NCBI GenBank assembly: GCA_030828175.1
Contig: JAURDB010000001.1
Location: forward strand, 1-55,778
Length of the DNA stretch: 55,778 nucleotides
Source of the DNA: Flavobacteriales bacterium
Lineage (GTDB): Bacteria > Bacteroidota > Bacteroidia > Flavobacteriales_D > Sanyastnellaceae
Direction: 5' to 3'
How positions within the stretch are numbered: position 1 is the stretch's first letter; each line of letters opens with the position of its first letter. Of this stretch, positions 9,935 to 16,442 are shown piece by piece. The notes under the pieces were generated by a model. The model did no database searches. It was given only the letters and a program-made list of their open reading frames with translations, and had not been told where the DNA came from. The translations under genes and the position numbers were made by a program.

Positions 9935-10294
9935 TCAGTTTCCAATTCCAGTCTGGCCCTGCGTGGGCGTCACCCAAGTGACATGGACGAGCTCGGCGGA
10001 AGCGGGCATGGAGGTCTTGACGCGCATGAATCCTTCGACCGTAAGCTGCTCGGTAGCAAAGAACTGTCGCACATCCAGTGTCTTGATGACGCCGGGTGCG
10101 ACACGCAATTCAAACAAGGCCAGAAAGCCGTAGCGCCCATCCTCAAAAGAACGAGCGGGACCCAAAGTCGGCAGTGATCCCGCAAAACTGTTGTCAAATG
10201 CACTCGGACGGTGCATTTCAGATGTGCCCGGCGTTTGTGCCTGGGAATTTGCCACTGAGAACGACAAAACCAACAGAAGGAAGAAACTGCGCAT
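9935..10294 (-). CDS. Hypothetical secreted protein
   Basis: The ORF is 9935..10348. The likely start is Met at 10294, giving the signal peptide MRSFFLLLVLSFSVANSQAQ. I recognise no family. Confidence 0.5.
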   Translation of the reverse strand: MRSFFLLLVLSFSVANSQAQTPGTSEMHRPSAFDNSFAGSLPTLGPARSFEDGRYGFLALFELRVAPGVIKTLDVRQFFATEQLTVEGFMRVKTSMPASAELVHVTWVTPTQGQTGIGN

Positions 10295-10379
10295 CAGATA
10301 TGGATTTCCCACATGTACGTCTGAATGGGCCGCAGGGTTACCCGACAAGAGGAGAATTCACCGACCTATATTTGGAACC

Positions 10380-11108
10380 ATGGGAAGAGCCTTTGAATTC
10401 AGGAAAGAGCGCAAAATGAAAAGGTGGGCTGCCATGTCCAAAACCTTTGCCCGGCTCAATAAGGACATCATCCTCTCCATCAAGGAGGGAGGAGGCATTG
10501 CAGACCCTGATGTGAATGCCCGCCTTCGCGCGGTTTTGCAGAATTGTCGGGCTGCGAACATGCCCAAAGACAACATTGAGCGCGCCATCAAGAAGGCAAC
10601 AGATAAAGATACCGTGGACCTGAAGCAGGTGACCTTTGAAGGTTACGGTCCGCATGGAATTGCCATTTTCGTGGAGACCGCCACTGACAACAACAACCGC
10701 ACTGTGGCCAACGTCCGCAGTTACTTCAACAAATGCAATGGGAACTTGGGGACCACGGGCAGTGTGGAGTTCATGTTCTCACATGTTTGCCATTTCAAGG
10801 TCTCCGCTGAAGGACGCGATGCAGAGGAGCTCGAACTTGAGCTCATTGATTTCGGTGCCGAAGAGGTGGGTGATGACGGCGAGGCCATTATGATCTATGG
10901 CGCTTTCGAGAGCTATGGCGGGCTACAGAAAAAATTAGAGGAAGACGGAATGGAAATTCTGGAGTCCGGATTTGACCGCATTCCCGCTACAACCAAAGAA
11001 CTGGGCCCCGAAGAAACCCTCGAGGTCGAGAAGCTGTTGGAAAAGCTTGAAGAGGACGAAGACGTTCAGAACGTCTTCCACACCATGGGGTCCAGCTCAG
11101 AGGACTGA
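10380..11108 (+). CDS. YebC/PmpR family DNA-binding transcriptional regulator
   Basis: The ORF is 10191..11108. The true start is at 10380, giving the canonical N-terminus MGRAFEFRKERKMKRWAAMSKTFARL. The protein is 242 aa, the typical family length. Confidence 0.9.
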   Translation: MGRAFEFRKERKMKRWAAMSKTFARLNKDIILSIKEGGGIADPDVNARLRAVLQNCRAANMPKDNIERAIKKATDKDTVDLKQVTFEGYGPHGIAIFVETATDNNNRTVANVRSYFNKCNGNLGTTGSVEFMFSHVCHFKVSAEGRDAEELELELIDFGAEEVGDDGEAIMIYGAFESYGGLQKKLEEDGMEILESGFDRIPATTKELGPEETLEVEKLLEKLEEDEDVQNVFHTMGSSSED

Positions 11109-11120
11109 AACGGGCCCATC

Positions 11121-11567
11121 TTATTCGCAAATGACCCCAAACTCCACCAGCAGTTGGAGGAGGTCATTGGTGCCAACGATGCCATCCGGCACGATGTCAG
11201 CCAAGCAACTTTGGTCCGTAGAGAAGACACAGGAACCATTGTCAACCTCTGCATTTGATTCATAATTGAATGCCGTGGGGTAAGTACATCCACAAGTTGC
11301 TGGATGATCCAGAATTGTGAATGAAGTGGAAGCAGTGGCACCTGAAGCGTCTTGAGCTGAGATGGTGTAATCTCCGGCAGGAAGGGCTGTTAGATCCAAA
11401 TTGGTCAGGTAGGTTACTTCACCTACCGCACCTGTCGGGGTCAATTCTACCAGACCGGTCGAACTACCAGAGCAGCGGGTGGAGTACGAAACTGCTTCAA
11501 GTGTGAATTGGGCTGAGGCTGTTGTTACGGACAACAAGAAGACCATGAGGCCGATAATCTTGGACAT
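11121..11567 (-). CDS. Small secreted protein: SprB-repeat-like domain + one Cys-framed 'CNY' module + single dockerin-like half-tail
   Basis: The ORF is 11121..11606. The start is at 11567 (MSKIIGLMVFLLSVTTASAQ). The segment CSGSSTGLVELTPTG...LPAGDYTISAQDASGATAS resembles a SprB repeat. GCTYPTAFNYESNAEVDNGSCVF is one copy of the module repeated in the neighbouring giants. The protein ends CLADIVPDGIVGTNDLLQLLVEFGVICE. Confidence 0.7.
   Translation of the reverse strand: MSKIIGLMVFLLSVTTASAQFTLEAVSYSTRCSGSSTGLVELTPTGAVGEVTYLTNLDLTALPAGDYTISAQDASGATASTSFTILDHPATCGCTYPTAFNYESNAEVDNGSCVFSTDQSCLADIVPDGIVGTNDLLQLLVEFGVICE
11124..11207 (-). other. Single dockerin-like half-module at the extreme C-terminus
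   Basis: The sequence is CLADIVPDGIVGTNDLLQLLVEFGVICE. It has one D-x-x-x-D-G-x-V-x-x-x-D-L-L segment bracketed by Cys, and the stop codon comes 1 residue after the last Cys. Confidence 0.5.
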
Positions 11568-11743
11568 GTGAAAAATTTGGTATAGTGAATTTACGGCTTT
11601 GCACAATAAGTACAGTTTTCCGCATCATCATAAAACGTGTAACAAATATAATATCCATCTAAACATCATATTTTGCAATGAAACGGGTTAATTGACCACC
11701 TAATAGTTTGTTCTCGTATTGGTACTCCGATTAACTTTAAACT

Positions 11744-14700
11744 ATGGACCAAATTCGCCTGAGCCTTTTGCTCATATACTGCTTCATAGCTGCAATCCCT
11801 CTTTCAGTTTGTGGACAGGCTTCCCCCATTTTCAATGCTTCCACCGGTACTGGATACCTGAGTATATCAGAAGCCATTCAATCCGCTTCTGAAGGGGATT
11901 TGATTACCCTGGGAGCCGTCACGTTCAACGAAAGACTCCTGATTCAAAAACCCATCACGCTCATCGGTGATGCTGCCGGGGGTACTGTTCTGGATGTGCG
12001 AGGAACCACGGGTTGGGGAATCTGGTTGGGTTCCAGTGGCATCACTATTGAGAATCTTACGGTTCTTTCGAACGTCAGCCATGAGGGATATGGTTTGCAT
12101 TGCGACCCCGGTACGACAGACCTGACGCTTCGAAATGTCCGCGTCCTCAACAACGGAACTTCTGGAATTGACCTGAATGGTCTGGTAGGTCCTGGAACGA
12201 ATTTGATTGAGGATTGTGAAGCGGTCAATTGTGCAGCTGGATTCGGTCTGGCTTTGAGCAGTTGTCAAAATGTCGTGGTCCGGAATTTCATCTCTTCCAA
12301 GAACGGTTTTGGCGACATCGGAATCCTGGAAAGTGCATACACAACAAATGATTCCGAGTCCATCACTTTTGAAGGTTCTCTTGAGCTTGATGGGCCACAG
12401 GCTGATGGCCTTGGAGGCATCATCATTCAATCCGACACCACGGTGATTGAACCGGGAATTGGCTTGGGTTTTGACATCGACATGAAGTCGGGACTGATTC
12501 ACCAATTGACAGGAACCACCACATATGACGGTGACCCATTGGGATATGTCCTCTGCAGTTCGTCCGTAGTTGCTGAACTTTCCGACAACCTTACCTCAGG
12601 ACTGGGCGTGGCTGACTTGCTCGGTCGGAATCTGGTCACCGGAGAAGTGGAGGTTTGGCCAGGGATGTCGCTTCAAGAAGCCTTGAATGCTGCCGCGAGT
12701 GATGACATCATTCGGGTGGCAAATCCGGGTCTGTACGACAGCACTGTGGTCAACGTCAACAAATCCATCACCATTCTGGGACCCAATGCTGGTTTGGCGG
12801 CCAATGATCCTGCTCGGACAACGGAAGCGGTTTTCTCAGGAGGATTGTCCATCAATGCATCGAATGTCACGGTGGATGGCATTCGACTGTTGGGGAAAAA
12901 CAATGCTCCATTTGGTCTTGAAGTCACTGCCGGAGTCACCGATGTCAATGTAAGTAACACCGTCATTCGGGGTTGGCTTGAAGAAAGTGGAGACTTCAAT
13001 GCCGTTGGCTTGCGCGCCAATGGGGGCGTCAATTTGACGGAGTGTTCGCTAAGGAACTGGCCCCTGGCTGCTGTTCTGAACAGCGGGGAAGTATCACTCT
13101 CAAATTGTCAGATTACAGACAACCGTGCAGGAGTCGAAATGAACAGTTCAAACGGGTTTTACGATGAAATGCGGGTCAACAATTGCACCCTCAGAAATGC
13201 CGGTGCTGACGCGTTCTTGATTTCGTCCACCGACCCAGCCGACAGCCTCGTGGTCATCGGGGGTACTGCCAATCTGCACTCCTACGCCTTCCGATTCGAC
13301 GACGATTGTGCCTTCAGGGTGGAAAATGGGGTCTATTCAGAATCAGAAGTGCAAATTTTGGGATTGGATACCGAGTCAAGAATCGCGCTTTGCGAGTCCA
13401 ATGACTTCAACAATCCTGCCATTGTCGTTGATGCTTGTACGGACGCATCTGCAACGAATTATGAGCCATGTGCCACCATTGATTCAGGGAACTGTTTGTT
13501 TGGTGGATGTACGGATCTCGGAGCGTGCAACTTTGACCCGGATGCAGCATCAGATGATGGAAGCTGTGAATTCCAGTCCTGTGCTGGATGTTTGAATCCC
13601 ATTGCATGTAATTACGATGCATCCGCCACCATCAGCAATGGTGGTTGTGAATTCCTTTCTTGTAGAGGATGCACGGATCCGTCAGCATTGAACTATGCCT
13701 CTTCGGCCACATATGATGACGGCTCTTGTTTGTTCCCCGGTTGCACCAACCCTGAGGCGGACAACTATGACGCAGATGCCAACTTCGACAACGGAGTGTG
13801 CTTCTTCTTTGGATGCACGGATCCCGGGGCTTGCAACTTTGATCCTCAAGCCAACTTGAACCTGGGAACCTGTGAATTCACCAGTTGTGCAGGCTGTTTG
13901 AACCCAAGGGCTTGCAATTATGATGCGACTGCGGTTATCGACGCCGGCAATTGTGACTTCACAAGCTGCAGGGGCTGCACCAATCCCGACGCATTGAATT
14001 ATGATGTGAATGCAACGGTAGATGACGGATCGTGTCGGATTCCCGGTTGTACGGATGCAACGGCCACCAATTATGATGCCGACGCCAACATCAACGACGG
14101 CTCCTGCATTTTCAGCGGCTGCCTGGATGCGTCTGCATGCAACTTCGATCCCAACGCAAGCATCAATGACGGAAGCTGCGAATTCACTTCTTGCGCAGGT
14201 TGCGCGATTGAGGGATTCTGCAACTACGACCCCAATGTCACGATACACGATGGCAGCCTTTGTGATTACTTGAGCTGTTGTGGTGACCCTGCGGCTACGA
14301 ACTACGATCCCGCCATCCTGCCTCAACTCACTTTTGGTTGTACCTACGGCATGTCAGCTGGGATGGCCTTCCTCGAGACATGCACGTTGCCCATTGCTTG
14401 CAATTACCTCGCGGATGCTCCTTGTGAATTCGACTCTTGCGCAGGTTGCACGGATGCCACTGCCTGCAATTACGACGCGGCAGCTACCCTCAGCACCAAT
14501 ACTTGCACATTCCCCATGGATCTCTACGGAGACGCCAATGTGGACTGTGACGGCAACTGCCTCAATGACACCGATGGTGACGGCATCTGCAATGAGGACG
14601 AAGTCAATGGCTGCACAGATGAGGGCGCCTGTAACTACGATGTCAATGCTACAGAAGACGACGGCTCATGTGAGACCACTTCGTGTGGTGGATGCACGGA

Positions 14701-16300
14701 TTCAGGCGCCTGTAACTTCGACAATACCGCCTTGTTGAACAATGGATCCTGCGAGTATGAGACGTGCTCGGGATGTACAGATGAAACCGCTTGCAATTAC
14801 GACGCTCTGGCTACCATCTCTGGAGAATGCACTTTCCCAATCGATACATACGGAACGGATGCTGTGGATTGTGATGGAAATTGTCTCGGCGATTCAGACG
14901 AAGACGGAGTGTGCGACGGGGATGAAATCCAAGGCTGCACGAACGCAAGTGCTTGCAATTTCAATGCAGCAGCCACGGATGATGATGGGTCATGTGACCT
15001 CCTTTCGTGCAAGGGATGCACGGACCCCACCTCCTGTAATTTCGATGCTTCAGCCACTGTTCCAGACAACAGCTGTGAGTATGAAAGTTGCGCAGGGTGT
15101 CAAGATCCGGCAGCATGCAACTATGATCCCAGCGCGACGATTGACGCGGCTTGTACTTTCCCTCTCGAGACGTACCTCGATTGTGACGGCAACTGTTTGG
15201 TTGATACAGACGGTGATGGTGTTTGTGAGCCCAATGAAGTGGGAGGATGTACCGATGCGGAGGCATGCAATTTCTCTGACACGGCAACCGACGATGATGG
15301 ATCGTGCGAATACATCAGCTGCGCGGGTTGCACCAATCCTGGCGCATGCAATTATCAGCCCTCGGCTACGATCAACGACGGAAGTTGCAATTACACTGAC
15401 TGTCAAGGATGCACCGATTCACAAGCTTGTAATTACGTTCCCGATGCCACAGTGGAAGATGGAAGCTGCATTTATGTGCTGGACCTCTACAATGTCACCT
15501 ATCTGACATGCGGGGGAGGCTGCATCAATGACACGGACGGCGACGGAGAATGCGATGAAGAGGAGCAAGTCGGTTGTTTGGATGCCTCAGCATGTAACTA
15601 CAATGCCAACGCTGAATTCGACGACGGCAGCTGCGAATTCACTTCGTGCGAGGGCTGTACCGACAATACGGCCTGTAATTACAATGAAGGCGCCCTGTAT
15701 GATGATGGAAGTTGTACCAACCCCGTCAACTTGTATGGTAAGGATTACGTCGACTGTTTCAATGTTTGTCTGAACGATGCTGACGGAGATGGCATCTGTG
15801 ATGAGGAGGAGTTGGGTTGCACCGATCCAACGGCCTGTAACTATGATCCCATTGCATCAAGCGATGACGGCTCGTGTTTCTATCCCAGTGAGGATTACCT
15901 GGATTGTGATGGAAATTGTTTGAACGATGCCGATGGGGACCTCGTTTGTGACGAGTTGGAAATCCTCGGATGTACGGACCCGGCAGCCTGTAGCTATGAC
16001 AACACAGCAACGGAAGATGACGGCTCATGTCAATATATCGTCAACGACTGTGATACATGTGTGGATGGCGTGATCGTGGATGGTGACGCCGATGATGATG
16101 GCATCTGTGATGCCGATGATGTTTGTCCTGGGGATTTCAACTCGGATGGAATCCGCAGTGCTTCTGATGTACTCGTGGTTTTGGCGGCCTATGGTTGTGA
16201 TACCGACTGTGGAGCTGCCGACCTGGACGGAAATGGTTTCGTGACGGCATCAGACGTTTTGGCCATGCTCAGTTACTTCGGTACTGTCTGCCCGAACTGA
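11744..16300 (+). CDS. Giant secreted protein (1518 aa): two right-handed parallel beta-helix domains + ~27 Cys-framed modules with TSP3-like spacers + double dockerin-like C-terminal tail
   Basis: The signal peptide is MDQIRLSLLLIYCFIAAIPLSVCGQ. There are two beta-helix starts (ISEAIQSASEGDLITLGAVTFNE...; SLQEALNAAASDDIIRVANPGLYDS...). From about aa 563 onward come tandem GCTDxxACNYDxxAxxDDGSC units and DCDGNCLNDTDGDGIC spacers. The protein ends ...VCPGDFNSDGIRSASDVLVVLAAYGCDTDCGAADLDGNGFVTASDVLAMLSYFGTVCPN. Confidence 0.9.
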   Translation: MDQIRLSLLLIYCFIAAIPLSVCGQASPIFNASTGTGYLSISEAIQSASEGDLITLGAVTFNERLLIQKPITLIGDAAGGTVLDVRGTTGWGIWLGSSGITIENLTVLSNVSHEGYGLHCDPGTTDLTLRNVRVLNNGTSGIDLNGLVGPGTNLIEDCEAVNCAAGFGLALSSCQNVVVRNFISSKNGFGDIGILESAYTTNDSESITFEGSLELDGPQADGLGGIIIQSDTTVIEPGIGLGFDIDMKSGLIHQLTGTTTYDGDPLGYVLCSSSVVAELSDNLTSGLGVADLLGRNLVTGEVEVWPGMSLQEALNAAASDDIIRVANPGLYDSTVVNVNKSITILGPNAGLAANDPARTTEAVFSGGLSINASNVTVDGIRLLGKNNAPFGLEVTAGVTDVNVSNTVIRGWLEESGDFNAVGLRANGGVNLTECSLRNWPLAAVLNSGEVSLSNCQITDNRAGVEMNSSNGFYDEMRVNNCTLRNAGADAFLISSTDPADSLVVIGGTANLHSYAFRFDDDCAFRVENGVYSESEVQILGLDTESRIALCESNDFNNPAIVVDACTDASATNYEPCATIDSGNCLFGGCTDLGACNFDPDAASDDGSCEFQSCAGCLNPIACNYDASATISNGGCEFLSCRGCTDPSALNYASSATYDDGSCLFPGCTNPEADNYDADANFDNGVCFFFGCTDPGACNFDPQANLNLGTCEFTSCAGCLNPRACNYDATAVIDAGNCDFTSCRGCTNPDALNYDVNATVDDGSCRIPGCTDATATNYDADANINDGSCIFSGCLDASACNFDPNASINDGSCEFTSCAGCAIEGFCNYDPNVTIHDGSLCDYLSCCGDPAATNYDPAILPQLTFGCTYGMSAGMAFLETCTLPIACNYLADAPCEFDSCAGCTDATACNYDAAATLSTNTCTFPMDLYGDANVDCDGNCLNDTDGDGICNEDEVNGCTDEGACNYDVNATEDDGSCETTSCGGCTDSGACNFDNTALLNNGSCEYETCSGCTDETACNYDALATISGECTFPIDTYGTDAVDCDGNCLGDSDEDGVCDGDEIQGCTNASACNFNAAATDDDGSCDLLSCKGCTDPTSCNFDASATVPDNSCEYESCAGCQDPAACNYDPSATIDAACTFPLETYLDCDGNCLVDTDGDGVCEPNEVGGCTDAEACNFSDTATDDDGSCEYISCAGCTNPGACNYQPSATINDGSCNYTDCQGCTDSQACNYVPDATVEDGSCIYVLDLYNVTYLTCGGGCINDTDGDGECDEEEQVGCLDASACNYNANAEFDDGSCEFTSCEGCTDNTACNYNEGALYDDGSCTNPVNLYGKDYVDCFNVCLNDADGDGICDEEELGCTDPTACNYDPIASSDDGSCFYPSEDYLDCDGNCLNDADGDLVCDELEILGCTDPAACSYDNTATEDDGSCQYIVNDCDTCVDGVIVDGDADDDGICDADDVCPGDFNSDGIRSASDVLVVLAAYGCDTDCGAADLDGNGFVTASDVLAMLSYFGTVCPN
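13430..16120 (+). repeat. Coding tandem-repeat array: ~27 degenerate 23-27-codon Cys-framed modules organised in ~108-codon super-repeats
   Basis: I counted the units by eye in the translation. The recurring consensus is [S/T]-C-x-G-C-T-[DN]-x-x-A-C-N-[YF]-[DN]-x-x-A-x-x-[DN]-D-G-S-C-x-[YF]. The 3' half (about 14440-16120) adds a DCDGNCLxDxDGDGxCDxxE spacer after every 1-3 units. Confidence 0.85.
16121..16297 (+). other. Cysteine-framed double dockerin-like C-terminal tail
   Basis: The sequence is VCPGDFNSDGIRSASDVLVVLAAYGCDTDCGAADLDGNGFVTASDVLAMLSYFGTVCPN. It has two EF-hand-like D-x-N-x-D-G-x-[IV]-x-x-S-D-V-L segments and 4 conserved Cys, and it lies at the extreme C-terminus. Confidence 0.7.
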
Positions 16301-16322
16301 TTCAACCCTCCTTTATGAAACG

Positions 16323-16348
16323 AAAAGGGCCGCATTGCGGCCCTTTTT
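16323..16348 (+). terminator. Rho-independent terminator after the 1518-aa gene
   Basis: The sequence is aaaa-GGGCCGC-att-GCGGCCC-ttttt. It forms a perfect 7-bp GC stem with a 3-nt loop, followed by a T5 run, 23 nt after the stop codon. Confidence 0.75.
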
Positions 16349-16415
16349 GCTTGTGGACATTCGATGAATTTCGAATTTTATTCGACCGAACCGCTCGAAT
16401 GATATACAAATGACC

Positions 16416-16423
16416 TATATTTG
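16416..16423 (+). promoter_or_regulatory. Bacteroidota-type -7 promoter box (TAnnTTTG) for the 16443 gene
   Basis: TATATTTG lies 20 nt upstream of ATG 16443 in an AT-rich spacer. Its position inside the longer ORF (16410) supports the start at 16443. I saw no clean -33 TTTG. Confidence 0.4.
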
Positions 16424-16442
16424 TAGTCGAAAGTCATATATT

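Noticed and set aside
11600-11743. A -7 promoter box for the 11744 giant gene (candidates ATATTTTG and TAGTTTG)
   Set aside because: Both candidates are one T short of the TAnnTTTG consensus. The region is clearly AT-rich and promoter-like, but I cannot point to a specific box with confidence.
13682-15506. Several 80-250-aa alternative-frame and antisense ORFs inside the repeat array (for example 13682..14326 minus, 14280..14738 plus, 14742..15506 plus, 15050..15406 minus)
   Set aside because: They are by-products of the repetitive, stop-poor coding sequence. Only the annotated frame yields the regular Cys-framed module and runs continuously from a signal peptide to the conserved tail.
13430-16120. 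Possible CRISPR array or non-coding satellite, suggested by the periodic DNA repeats
   Set aside because: The periodicity is in multiples of 3 and lies inside one uninterrupted 1518-codon frame. The repeats are degenerate at the DNA level but conserved at the protein level. There is no repeat/spacer alternation and no cas genes.
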